A stretch of DNA of 39,298 bases, taken from Candidatus Woesearchaeota archaeon (GTDB lineage Archaea > Nanobdellota > Nanobdellia > Pacearchaeales > GW2011-AR1). The notes below the pieces were generated by a model, which worked only from the letters and a program-made list of their open reading frames with translations, was not told where the DNA came from and did no database searches. Shown piece by piece: positions 1 through 9,161 of the stretch. Position 1 is the first letter of the stretch, and each line of letters opens with the position of its first letter. A program made the translations under genes and the position numbers. Where the stretch lies: contig CAYUEW010000002.1 of NCBI GenBank assembly GCA_964444095.1, positions 1-39,298 of the forward strand, in the 5' to 3' direction.

Positions 1-1059
1 TTCTTTTCTGCCTGGCCCAAAACTCCGAGTTGCACCTTTTCTATGAATACAGACAATTTTCTTTTTCCCACTGACAATGTGCTCTTCAAACTTTGCAATA
101 TTATGACAAACATCATAAACTACTTCCATCTTCGCACCAGGGAATAAAGAATTCATTTCTTCCCGAAGCCAATGTGTAATTAATTGTTTATTTGCAAAAG
201 CAAAATTCGCCGCGCAAGCCATAGCAGAATAATAATCCTTTCCAAGAACACTTTTTATTGGAGCATTAATTAATTCTCTGTCTGGCAAACCTTTAAACCC
301 ATATTTTTCTTCCATCTTTACAATATAATCTGAAGCAACTTGGTGTCCTAACCCCCGACTTCCGCAATGAATCATTATTGTTATCTGCCCCTTTTCCAAT
401 CCGAACGCTTTCGCAATCTTTTTATCAAAAATTTCATCAACATATTGAACTTCTAAAAAATGATTTCCTGCTCCGAGCGTTCCTAATTGCCCGATGCCCC
501 GTTTCACAGCCCGTTCAGAAACCTTGCTCACATCCGCGCCTTTCAAACAACCTTCTTCCTCCATATGAAGATAATCATTCTTGTTTCCGTAACCTTTCTC
601 AACCATATACCTCGCGCCACCTTTGAGAAGTTTATCAAGTTCTTTTTTCGTTATTTGAAATTTACTCCCCCTCCCGACACCAGAAGGAATTTTATCATAA
701 ATCGCTTCAGCAATTTTCTCTGCGTTTTTTAGAATGTCTTGCTTTTTCAAATTTGTCCGCAAGAGTCTTACAGAACAATTAATATCATAACCCACTCCCC
801 CGGGTGAAATTACCCCTTTTTCCATATCAAACGCAGCGACGCCACCAATCGGCAAACCATAACCTTGATGTGCATCAGGAAGAGCAATAGCCGCCTTCAA
901 AATTCCAGGCAACTCTGCGACATTTTTCACTTGCTCAAGAGTTTTGTCCTTTTGAATATCTTGCATTAATTTTTCAGAAGCATAAACCATCCCAGGAACT
1001 TTCATATTTCCTTCTCGCGGAATTTCATAAACATCTGTTGAAATTTTTTTAAGTTTCAT
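1..1059 (-). CDS. rtcB: RNA-splicing ligase RtcB, C-terminus cut by window start
   Basis: Absent from the ORF track because there is no stop in the window. My minus-strand translation from the ATG at 1059-1057 reads MKLKKISTDVYEIPREGNMKVPGMVYASEKL..ALPDAHQGYGLPIGGVAAFD..GGVGYDINC..MIHCGSRGLGHQVASDY..CHNIAKFEEH..IHRKGATRSFGPG. These are RtcB hallmark motifs. The archease gene is adjacent. Confidence 0.9.
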   Translation of the reverse strand, partial: MKLKKISTDVYEIPREGNMKVPGMVYASEKLMQDIQKDKTLEQVKNVAELPGILKAAIALPDAHQGYGLPIGGVAAFDMEKGVISPGGVGYDINCSVRLLRTNLKKQDILKNAEKIAEAIYDKIPSGVGRGSKFQITKKELDKLLKGGARYMVEKGYGNKNDYLHMEEEGCLKGADVSKVSERAVKRGIGQLGTLGAGNHFLEVQYVDEIFDKKIAKAFGLEKGQITIMIHCGSRGLGHQVASDYIVKMEEKYGFKGLPDRELINAPIKSVLGKDYYSAMACAANFAFANKQLITHWLREEMNSLFPGAKMEVVYDVCHNIAKFEEHIVSGKKKIVCIHRKGATRSFGPGRKE

Positions 1060-1093
1060 AGTATTATCTAAAAATTAATCTATTAATATCTTG

Positions 1094-1504
1094 CTATACA
1101 TCCAATACAATTTGACAAATCCATTTTCCTTTTTCTTTCTTTACAAAAATATCATGATAAGTTATCGCTTTTACATCAATATCCATTTCATAATTTTCTG
1201 CATTATCTCCAACAACTTCTGCTTCTAACCTAAACTTTTTTTTATCAATATTCAATCGCTTAACTTTTGAAAGAAAAAATCCCTCCCCATCAAACAAAAC
1301 CAAAAGTTCTTCTAAAAAATTATACAAAAGAGCTTCAAAATCTTTTCCCTTAGCTTTTACTTTAACAGTTTTTGTTTTCTTAATTTTTTTTTCATACATT
1401 GTATGAAACATCGCTAACGCAGAATTTGCAAACGCCACTTCTAAACTTTTTCCAAATGCTTGAAACTTCATATCTGCAGTATGTGCAAGAAATTTGTATT
1501 TCAT
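1094..1504 (-). CDS. Archease (RtcB activator/chaperone)
   Basis: 136 aa. The N-terminus MKYKFLAHTADMKFQAFG carries the archease HTAD signature. The size fits and the gene lies directly upstream of rtcB on the same strand. Confidence 0.85.
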   Translation of the reverse strand: MKYKFLAHTADMKFQAFGKSLEVAFANSALAMFHTMYEKKIKKTKTVKVKAKGKDFEALLYNFLEELLVLFDGEGFFLSKVKRLNIDKKKFRLEAEVVGDNAENYEMDIDVKAITYHDIFVKKEKGKWICQIVLDV

Positions 1505-1505
1505 A

Positions 1506-1919
1506 TTATTCTTCCCAGCAAAAAAGTTTTAATTGTTTTGGGTCATAAGTTGTTGCTGTTGAAGTAATAGCAACACTTTGTGCATGAACTGTTTTTTCAG
1601 GAGGGTTGTCTAATTCACAAGAACTTTCCATTCCACATATTTTTGCTTCGCATGTAAGATAATCCAAAAGAAAATAATTCATTCTTGTCATTACTTCTTG
1701 TGGGCAGTCAGTTCCAGAAGCATCCAATACTGCTTGCCTCATAGCGCTGTTTATTTGAATATCTCTTAAAGCAATAAGTTGTGATTCATAAATTTCTGAA
1801 TGCAAATCTAAATTTATTGCGGGTTCGTCACTTATAACCACCAATACAACTCCGACTATAAGTAGTATCGCAGTAAATGCTTCAACAATTTTTATCCAAC
1901 CTTTTTTATTCATTACCAT
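1506..1919 (-). CDS. Type IV pilin-like protein (class III signal peptide)
   Basis: The N-terminus is MVMNKKG/WIKIVEAFTAILLIVGVVLVVI: a short basic leader, Gly, then about 22 hydrophobic residues with a Glu near +6. It overlaps the upstream pilin-like gene by 7 nt and abuts the archease gene. Confidence 0.5.
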   Translation of the reverse strand: MVMNKKGWIKIVEAFTAILLIVGVVLVVISDEPAINLDLHSEIYESQLIALRDIQINSAMRQAVLDASGTDCPQEVMTRMNYFLLDYLTCEAKICGMESSCELDNPPEKTVHAQSVAITSTATTYDPKQLKLFCWEE

Positions 1920-2395
1920 ATTTTTAAAATTATAAATCCTAATAAAACACCTTCTCCTTCTTCCATATAATACACAGGAATTTTTTTCGCATAAACATTT
2001 ACAGATTGAGGCACACTCTTTTCTGGAATAATTTCTATATCATTTTCATCAATAAAACCAAATCCGAATTCATTGTCTCGTGTAACTTTTAGTTCTTGTT
2101 TTAATCCTCCATAATTGGAATCATATTGATTTGAGAGAGCAGTAATTTCTGCCACAAAATTAGCATTAGAGGTTCTTATTGAACCACTAGTATAATTCGC
2201 CGAGCCCACATCAAGAGCATTTGCTATTTCTTGAGTTAAGTCGTTTAAGATTAATATTTTATTTTGTTCTATTCTAATTATTGGTTGAAGCACAGAATAT
2301 AAGAAAACTAAAAAAACAACAAAGATTCCAAATGAAAGCATGATACCTACATGAGAGCCTCTTTTATCCTCTTTTTTCATAATATATACTACCAA
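1913..2395 (-). CDS. Type IV pilin-like protein (class III signal peptide)
   Basis: The N-terminus ..KKEDKRGSHVGIMLSFGIFVVFLVFLYSVL is a basic leader followed by a single N-terminal hydrophobic helix. The rest is a soluble, beta-rich-looking sequence. Confidence 0.45.
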   Translation of the reverse strand: MVVYIMKKEDKRGSHVGIMLSFGIFVVFLVFLYSVLQPIIRIEQNKILILNDLTQEIANALDVGSANYTSGSIRTSNANFVAEITALSNQYDSNYGGLKQELKVTRDNEFGFGFIDENDIEIIPEKSVPQSVNVYAKKIPVYYMEEGEGVLLGFIILKIW

Positions 2396-2459
2396 AATGA
2401 CTTTTTATATTTTTATTGAAGTTCGATAAATTTATTAATTCTTCTTTGGTAACATAAAT

Positions 2460-3581
2460 ATGACAAAGAAAATGTCTGTGAATCCTTATGCTGTTGAAGG
2501 GAGTGTAGATTATAGTCGATTGGTGAAAGAATTTGGTTTAGAAAGAATTGATGATAAACTTCTTAAGCGAATAAAAAAACACACTGGCGAGATTCATCCT
2601 ATGCTTACACGAGGAATTATGTTCGCGCATAGAGACCTAAATTGGTTATTGGATGAATACGAAAAAGGAAATAAATTCTTTTTGTATACTGGTTGTGGAC
2701 CTTCTGGACCAATTCACTTGGGGCATCTACAAATGTGGTATTTTACAAAATGGTTGCAAGATAAATTCAATGTAGATTTGTATTTCCAGTTCACTGACGA
2801 TGAAAAATTCTTATACAAAGATTCATCTTATGAGGAAATCCAAAAATGGACAGAAGAAAATATGTTGGATGTTATTGCGGTGGGATTCAATCCGAAAAAG
2901 ACTCATTTTATTATTGACACAAAACATGCGGGGATACTTTATCCAGAAGCAATTAAAATCGCGAAAAAAATAACTTTCTCCACAATAAAAGCCAGCTTTG
3001 GTTTTACAGATAGCAATAACATAGGGAGCATTTTTTATACCTCAATGCAGGCGGTTCCTGCGATTCTTCCTTCTGTTTTGAAAGGCAAAAATATTCCTTG
3101 TCTAATTCCCCTAGGAGTTGATCAAGACCCCCATTTTAGAATCGCAAGAGATGTTTATCCAAAATTGGGATTTTACAAACCAGCAATAATGCATAAAATT
3201 ATGTTTCCTTCATTGACAGGGATGAATAATGTAATGAGCAGCTCAAAAGATTCAGTTATAATAACAGCAAGGGATTCTCCCAAGGAAGTTAAAAACAAGA
3301 TAAACAAATATGCTTTTTCAGGGGGGAGGGATACACTTGAAGAACACAAGAAACTAGGAGGAAATCCAGATGTTGATATTTCTTTCCAATATTTGAAATC
3401 CTTTTTTGAAGAAGATGAAAAAAAACTAGCACAGATTGAAAAAGATTATCGTACAGGAAAGTTAACTACTGGAGACCTAAAGAAATACACAATCGAAAAA
3501 ATAACCGAATTCCTTCAACAGCATCAAGAAAGAAGAAAAAAAGCAAAAGGAAAAATAAAAGATTTCATTCTAAAAATATAA
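2460..3581 (+). CDS. trpS: Tryptophanyl-tRNA synthetase (archaeal/eukaryotic type)
   Basis: The HIGH region is GCGPSGPIHLGH. The FQFTDDEKFLYK motif is typical of arch/euk TrpRS. The KMSKS-like loop reads NVMSSSKDS. Length is 373 aa. Confidence 0.85.
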   Translation: MTKKMSVNPYAVEGSVDYSRLVKEFGLERIDDKLLKRIKKHTGEIHPMLTRGIMFAHRDLNWLLDEYEKGNKFFLYTGCGPSGPIHLGHLQMWYFTKWLQDKFNVDLYFQFTDDEKFLYKDSSYEEIQKWTEENMLDVIAVGFNPKKTHFIIDTKHAGILYPEAIKIAKKITFSTIKASFGFTDSNNIGSIFYTSMQAVPAILPSVLKGKNIPCLIPLGVDQDPHFRIARDVYPKLGFYKPAIMHKIMFPSLTGMNNVMSSSKDSVIITARDSPKEVKNKINKYAFSGGRDTLEEHKKLGGNPDVDISFQYLKSFFEEDEKKLAQIEKDYRTGKLTTGDLKKYTIEKITEFLQQHQERRKKAKGKIKDFILKI

Positions 3582-3593
3582 TTTTTCTTAAAA

Positions 3594-4439
3594 TTATCCT
3601 GCTCCCCCACCAATTAGATTTGCAACAGAGGAGACTATGAAAGAGAGTAGGATTAAAGCAAAAGAATGTTTTATCCCAGATTTGATAGTTCCTTCTGATA
3701 ATTTTCCAATAGCTAATCCTGTGAAAAAACCTTGGAATAAAAGTAAATATAAAAATGCACTAGAAATTTCTTCACTTCCTATAGAACTTCCCGCAGTTGA
3801 AATATTTGCAACACCTAATGCTCCAACATCTGCAATTCCAGAAATCATTGGAACAATATAAAATTGCATAATCAAAACTATCACAAGAAAAACAAAGAAG
3901 ATAATATACCCTTGTGCAATTAATGTTGAAATTGTAGATTTCCTCTCTTTCTTTAATTTGTCAGACATACTAACTGCTCTTGCTACTGCTTCAAGAATTT
4001 CACCAATATCTCCTCCCGCCCTCTCTGCTTGACCAATCAAAGTCAATGAACGAGAAATATTTTTATTGCCCACATCTTTTGCAAAAACTTTTAGTGCAGT
4101 ATTTAATGGAATTCCTAATGAAATTTGGTTTGCTAATTTATCAACATTCTGACTCAAAACTCCATAAGATTTCCCTTTCATATTTATCAAACTTTTACTA
4201 ATTGGAGTTCCTGTTTTTACACTTTCTACAAGGTTTCTTGCAAATTCTAAGAACATATCTTCTTTTTCACTTGCAATTTTTGATTCAGCCATCACAGAAA
4301 GAACAAAAGGAGAAGCCCCGAGAATTATTCCCAATCCAATCAAAAAAAGAAAAAACCGAGTATTCAATAATAAAAATGAAAGAGCAACAATAACTCCTCC
4401 AGCAATCATTCCAACATAGTGTATTTTTTTTAATTCCAT
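3594..4439 (-). CDS. Pilus platform membrane protein, single T2SSF domain (TadC/FlaJ-like)
   Basis: The layout is N-terminal TM helices, then a cytoplasmic T2SSF-like core (LEFARNLVESVKTGTPISKSL..LGIPLNTALKVFAKDV..IGQAERAGGDIGEIL), then C-terminal TMs. It sits 1 nt from the upstream platform gene. Confidence 0.7.
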   Translation of the reverse strand: MELKKIHYVGMIAGGVIVALSFLLLNTRFFLFLIGLGIILGASPFVLSVMAESKIASEKEDMFLEFARNLVESVKTGTPISKSLINMKGKSYGVLSQNVDKLANQISLGIPLNTALKVFAKDVGNKNISRSLTLIGQAERAGGDIGEILEAVARAVSMSDKLKKERKSTISTLIAQGYIIFFVFLVIVLIMQFYIVPMISGIADVGALGVANISTAGSSIGSEEISSAFLYLLLFQGFFTGLAIGKLSEGTIKSGIKHSFALILLSFIVSSVANLIGGGAG

Positions 4440-4440
4440 T

Positions 4441-5730
4441 TTATCCTGTGGGTTTTCTTACCTGTAAAAATGCAAGGAACGCGATATTAACTACGGAAAC
4501 TCCGAGTATAATCATTAAGGTAATTGAAGAAGTTCCGAGGGCAATTCCCAATCCACTAATTTTCATCATCATTAAAAGAAGCATCAAAATCATCGGCGCA
4601 GCAATAACAATGCTAATGTAGATGTCCATGAATGTTTCTGCTGTTTTGGTGTTTTTTTCTCGCTCAAGTTTATAATCAAATAAAAGTGTTTGAGCCCTTT
4701 TATTAAAAAAGTTTGACAAATCTCCCCCCGAGTTAATTGTCGTAGCCAAACCTAAGAATAATTCAGCTAATTTTTTACTGGGACTACGTAATGCAGTATT
4801 TCTTAAGGCACTAACTAAATCGTAACCATAAACATTAATTTCATTTATTAATTTTGTAAATTCTTTTTCTAAAAAAGGATATTCTCTAGTAGAAATAATA
4901 ATATTAAATATCTTGCTAGGTTCAATCATAGAACCAGAAATTGCAGACATGTGAATTATAGAAAAAGGCAATTCTTGGTTAATTCTGTTTTCTGTAGATT
5001 TTTTTTCTAATGAAGGGTAAAAGTACATGAAGATGAATGTTAAAATTGGAACAATAAACAGAATCCAAAATGTTGCTAGCAATCTCATTCCGAAATTTCC
5101 TGTTGCAATACTTATAAAAGAAGTTTCTCCCCCCAATTTAAAGAATAAAAAAAACAGAAAAAGAAAAAAAGCAACAATTGTAGAAATTGCTGTTGTGAGC
5201 AAAGTTACCGAGATATAGGCAGTAGGCGTGAATTCTAAATTTGTTCTTGTTAAATCTTTTTTCAATACATCAAAATTTTTATCCTTAACCAACTTTGCAG
5301 CAGTATGGCGGAAATATTTATTTGCTAATTTAGAAAATTCTCTTGGTTTTTCTAATTTTTTAGATTCAAAACCAACTTTTTTATTTTTAATTCTTTTTAT
5401 TGTAGCCTTTTCTAATTGAGAAAGCCCTTTGCTTAATTGCTTACTTAACTTAGATTTTTGTTGATTTTGTTTTAAGGATAAAGGGGATATCTTTTTTTCT
5501 TCTACGGGATTTAAACTTTTTGCAAGATTAATTTTTCCTAATTCTCCTAAGACAGATTCATTTGTTTTTTTAAATGAACTTTTTAATTTGGTTAAATGTT
5601 CTCTTACCATCTTTTTTTCTTCATCATTTTTTATTCTAAGAAGTTGGTTGAGAGAAGAATCCAATTCACTAACTGTTTTTTTCTCTAAAGAAATCGCTTT
5701 TTTTAATTCTTCAAAATTTACGTCTTTCAT
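4441..5730 (-). CDS. Pilus platform membrane protein, single T2SSF domain with Lys-rich coiled-coil N-extension (TadB/FlaJ-like)
   Basis: The T2SSF-like core reads ELPFSIIHMSAISGSMIEPSKIF..YGYDLVSALRNTALRSPSKKLAELFLGLATTINSGGDLSNFF and is flanked by TM helices. About 150 aa of charged N-terminal extension precede it. Confidence 0.7.
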   Translation of the reverse strand: MKDVNFEELKKAISLEKKTVSELDSSLNQLLRIKNDEEKKMVREHLTKLKSSFKKTNESVLGELGKINLAKSLNPVEEKKISPLSLKQNQQKSKLSKQLSKGLSQLEKATIKRIKNKKVGFESKKLEKPREFSKLANKYFRHTAAKLVKDKNFDVLKKDLTRTNLEFTPTAYISVTLLTTAISTIVAFFLFLFFLFFKLGGETSFISIATGNFGMRLLATFWILFIVPILTFIFMYFYPSLEKKSTENRINQELPFSIIHMSAISGSMIEPSKIFNIIISTREYPFLEKEFTKLINEINVYGYDLVSALRNTALRSPSKKLAELFLGLATTINSGGDLSNFFNKRAQTLLFDYKLEREKNTKTAETFMDIYISIVIAAPMILMLLLMMMKISGLGIALGTSSITLMIILGVSVVNIAFLAFLQVRKPTG

Positions 5731-5891
5731 TTTAATATTTTAGAAATCTGGGCCTGGATATTTAGCATAAACTTTTTTGAATTGTTAAATTTGTTCGCAT
5801 CTTTTTTTCCATAAGCTTCTTCTAGTTTTGATTCTGTTTCCTCAAGTGTTTTAACTAATTGATTAAGAATTGGAATATCCTCTTTTTTCAT
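5727..5891 (-). CDS. Small (54 aa) coiled-coil protein, unannotated in ORF track
   Basis: My translation is MKKEDIPILNQLVKTLEETESKLEEAYGKKDANKFNNSKKFMLNIQAQISKILK*. Its stop overlaps the start of the downstream platform gene in an ATGA junction at 5727-5730. It fills the gap between the ATPase and platform genes. Confidence 0.4.
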   Translation of the reverse strand: MKKEDIPILNQLVKTLEETESKLEEAYGKKDANKFNNSKKFMLNIQAQISKILK

Positions 5892-5927
5892 ATCAGATAG
5901 AAGGAATTTGGATTATTAAATATTTGG

Positions 5928-7475
5928 TTAATCAATCCCAAATTCTTTAAGAACCCCTTCTGGTTGTTTGTAATATCGATTAATTATCTCTTGAGCGTCC
6001 TTAAATTTAAAAATCTTTTTTTGAAATAATGCATAAACCAACTGTGTTCTCCGTCTAAATTCTAAATCAAGTTCTTCCATTCTTAATCCATATCTTGTTG
6101 CTATTTTTTCAAAAATTCTGCTGTTATTTTTAAAATAAAAATTATCTTCCATAGCATTCCACATAAAAGGCGTGTTTGTAAAGGCAATTCCTTTTGGATT
6201 GACATTTATGACTTCAACAATTTCTTTGAGTTTTCTTGTTTCTTGTTTATTTGAAATTGCATGCGTCATAATACAAATACAATCTAAGACATTTACCAAT
6301 GTGGGAGAAAGATTTATCGGGGGGGTCTCTAATCTTTTTATTACAGTATCAACTGAATCTGCGTGCATAGTACTAATAGACGAATGTCCCGAAGCCATGC
6401 CCTGAAACAATACTGACGCTTCTTTACCTCTCACTTCACCCACAATAACATAATCTGGATTTTGTCTAAATGAACTTCTCAATAAAGTAAACAAAGTAAT
6501 TTCATTTTTTTCACCAAGAGTGGTTGAACTTCTAGACACACTAGGCAACCAGTTTTCTCTCGGCAAATTTAATTCACGCGTATCTTCAATACTAACTACT
6601 CGCGCTTCAGGAGGAATAAAAAATGCAATAGCATTTAGGAGAGTGGTTTTTCCAGAGGCTGTTCCCCCCGTAATTAAAATATTCATTTTGTATTGGATTA
6701 AGAGCCATAAATAAGCTAACATTTCTGGACTTAATGTGTTAAACGCAATTAATTGTGCAGGAGTCCAAGGTGTTTTCGTGAATTTTCTAATCGTAAAAGT
6801 CGGCCCTCTACTTGTAATATCTTTTGTATAAGTAGCATTTACCCTACTTCCATCAGGCAAACTCCCATCTAAAATAGGATTAGCATAAGAAATATACTTC
6901 CCGCATCTTTGCGCAAGTTTTTCCACAAATCCTTCCAATTCAAGCGAATCCTTAAAAATAGCATTACTTTTCATATTTCGATATAGTCTATGCACAACAT
7001 AAATCGGACTGTTAAGCCCGTTACACTCAATATCTTCAATAAAATAATCTTTTAGAATCGGTTCAATTTCATTAAACCCAATAAAATCCCGGCACAAATA
7101 ATAATATATTTTTTTATAGCTTTCATAAGAAATATTTAATCCAAGTTCTACAGCTAAAATTTTAAATCTTTTGTCAATATATTCTAATAAAGCATCAGCT
7201 CTTCTACCAACAACAGTATAGAAATTAATCATATTTCGCATAGCTTCTATAATTTGTTTTTTGTGTTTTTCTTCCTCTTCTGTTAAAATTGGCTCTTCAA
7301 TTTCATAAACTAATTCGTAAATTTTTGGGTCCCAATAAAGATGCACGAATGCAAAAGGAGAAATGAGACAATACCGAATATCAACTTTTGTTTTATCTTT
7401 TAATTTTTTTAATGGAGGAATTTTTGGCGAGAAATCAATTTGTACTCTAGGATAATCAATTATTCCTTGTGGCAT
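5928..7475 (-). CDS. Type IV pilus/archaellum-type secretion ATPase (PilB/FlaI/TadA family)
   Basis: 515 aa. Walker A is ILITGGTASGKTTLLNA. Asp-box and Walker B-like segments are VVSIEDTRELNL and PDYVIVGEVRGKEA. The His box reads GHSSISTMHADS. Confidence 0.9.
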   Translation of the reverse strand: MPQGIIDYPRVQIDFSPKIPPLKKLKDKTKVDIRYCLISPFAFVHLYWDPKIYELVYEIEEPILTEEEEKHKKQIIEAMRNMINFYTVVGRRADALLEYIDKRFKILAVELGLNISYESYKKIYYYLCRDFIGFNEIEPILKDYFIEDIECNGLNSPIYVVHRLYRNMKSNAIFKDSLELEGFVEKLAQRCGKYISYANPILDGSLPDGSRVNATYTKDITSRGPTFTIRKFTKTPWTPAQLIAFNTLSPEMLAYLWLLIQYKMNILITGGTASGKTTLLNAIAFFIPPEARVVSIEDTRELNLPRENWLPSVSRSSTTLGEKNEITLFTLLRSSFRQNPDYVIVGEVRGKEASVLFQGMASGHSSISTMHADSVDTVIKRLETPPINLSPTLVNVLDCICIMTHAISNKQETRKLKEIVEVINVNPKGIAFTNTPFMWNAMEDNFYFKNNSRIFEKIATRYGLRMEELDLEFRRRTQLVYALFQKKIFKFKDAQEIINRYYKQPEGVLKEFGID

Positions 7476-7476
7476 T

Positions 7477-8070
7477 TTATAAGGTATTAATGTTTATTAT
7501 TATTTTATTATTCTCATTTTCTCCTTCATTTGAGAAGAATAATCTGTAGGTACCAGAAGAAGTGGTTAAGATTTCTGCTTCATCTGAGCCATCATAAGTA
7601 AGATCATAAGAACTGCTAAAATCTCTCGTTATATTTATCATGTTTATATCTCCTATTTTGTTTGTGTAAATTAGGAGATTCCCATCAACTATTTCTACAT
7701 CTGGTTCACTATATGTATATGTGCTTTCTATTTCAAAGATGAGTTTATCATTCGGGCTGTCTATTGTTAATTCTCCTTTCTTAATATTCAATTCTAAAAT
7801 TCTTTGATTACCTTGACATTCGCACATATCTGTGATGGTTAATTCAATTTCTTTCATTAGAGTAATAGACTGTTCAATAATTGTTCTGTCTTGTAATTCT
7901 TGTATTTTTGGTCTAGCAAAACTTAAAACAAGCCCTATCATAACTAAGGCAATAAGAGTATACATTACAGTTTCAATCCAAACCTGTCCTCTTCTTTTTT
8001 TCTGTGAAAAATGTTTATTTTTAGAAGATTTTTTGCAATTTTGTCCAAAAAACATAGCCCCCTTTTTCAT
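7477..8070 (-). CDS. Type IV pilin-like protein
   Basis: ..KKRRG/QVWIETVMYTLIALVMIGLVLSF is a basic leader, Gly, then a hydrophobic helix with Glu at +5, as in the bacterial-type GFTLIE arrangement. The gene lies 1 nt upstream of the ATPase gene. Confidence 0.55.
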   Translation of the reverse strand: MKKGAMFFGQNCKKSSKNKHFSQKKRRGQVWIETVMYTLIALVMIGLVLSFARPKIQELQDRTIIEQSITLMKEIELTITDMCECQGNQRILELNIKKGELTIDSPNDKLIFEIESTYTYSEPDVEIVDGNLLIYTNKIGDINMINITRDFSSSYDLTYDGSDEAEILTTSSGTYRLFFSNEGENENNKIIININTL

Positions 8071-8115
8071 AAAGTGCTAAATTAAATCTAATTTAAATAC
8101 TTAATGTTTAAATTT

Positions 8116-8646
8116 CTAAAAGCAGAGTTCTATATTAGAAAGTGTGTCAGAAACTTCACACTGTTGTCCGCCGATAATTGGTGCAATTTGTACCATGTCT
8201 GGTTTTTCAGCAAACGCATTTGATAAGTAAGTTTTACCAGCATTTTGTCCTGGCAATGAAATTAAATCTGTCCCAAAAACAGTTGAACCATAATCTGCTA
8301 ATTCTGGAGTTGCAATTCCTGTATTTGTAATTGTATAACTTGCAGTACTTGCTTCTGAAGAAACAGCAACAACCACACTATCTACTTCAATATCTCCCAC
8401 ACTCAATGAAAAATGAAATGTATCTGTTAAAGTATCATAGCATGTGTAAAAATTATTAATTGTAATTTTATTATAATTTCCAAAACAAGCTTCTGTAGTT
8501 TCTATCTGTCCTTTAATTGTGCTGTTCACAACTCCCCACACAATTACTGCCGCTGCCATAACCAATGCAATCATAATCACCGCAGTGATAATTCCAGAAA
8601 GTCCCTTACGATTATATAATAATTTCTTTACCATATTGTCCTTCAC
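8116..8646 (-). CDS. Archaeal type IV pilin
   Basis: NRKG/LSGIITAVIMIALVMAAAVIVWGVV matches the archaeal pilin N-terminal pattern (R/K-G-x-S-x-I-x-x-V-I-M-I-A). The true start may be the internal MVKK. It overlaps the upstream pilin gene. Confidence 0.65.
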   Translation of the reverse strand: MKDNMVKKLLYNRKGLSGIITAVIMIALVMAAAVIVWGVVNSTIKGQIETTEACFGNYNKITINNFYTCYDTLTDTFHFSLSVGDIEVDSVVVAVSSEASTASYTITNTGIATPELADYGSTVFGTDLISLPGQNAGKTYLSNAFAEKPDMVQIAPIIGGQQCEVSDTLSNIELCF

Positions 8647-9112
8647 AAATATATGTTCTTTTACCTTTGTCAGATGTGCCTGCTAAAATAGGGATGAGAG
8701 TTATTTTTTCTACACTGCTTAAGGAAGGCATGTCTGTTGTAGAAAATGTTCCTCCTTGTGTCAGTCCAATTCCCTCAGAATCTATTAACAATTCATTTGT
8801 ACTATAACCACCTTCCTCAGAAAGTTTCATATTCATTTTAAAAATTGGCACATTTCCTGTATTGACAATGCTTAATCTTCCAGAAGAATAACTTGCATCA
8901 AAAGCAACATCTTCACAAACTAACTGAATATTTTTTCCGAATTTTGTCACACTTTCACCAACCATGCCCTTGAACCATACAAAGATAATTAGTGCAATAA
9001 CAACGACCATTGCGATTAATAGAACTGTTGCAATAACTGGCGAAATTCCTTTTTTGTTCAAATGATTGTGTCGATTTGAACAACTGGAAATCTCGAATTT
9101 CCTCTTTTTCAT
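8612..9112 (-). CDS. Archaeal type IV pilin
   Basis: NKKG/ISPVIATVLLIAMVVVIALIIFVW matches the canonical archaeal pilin/flagellin-like N-terminal motif (G-I/V-S-P-V-I-A/G-x-x-L-L-I-A). Confidence 0.7.
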   Translation of the reverse strand: MKKRKFEISSCSNRHNHLNKKGISPVIATVLLIAMVVVIALIIFVWFKGMVGESVTKFGKNIQLVCEDVAFDASYSSGRLSIVNTGNVPIFKMNMKLSEEGGYSTNELLIDSEGIGLTQGGTFSTTDMPSLSSVEKITLIPILAGTSDKGKRTYICEGQYGKEIII

Positions 9113-9161
9113 TTTAATTTAAACATTTTTAAGTTTATAAATTTTAATATGAGATTATTTT

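Noticed and set aside
378-732. Two plus-strand ORFs (378-626, 487-732)
   Set aside because: They lie antisense inside the strongly supported rtcB coding region. Their composition is low-complexity and they carry no motifs.
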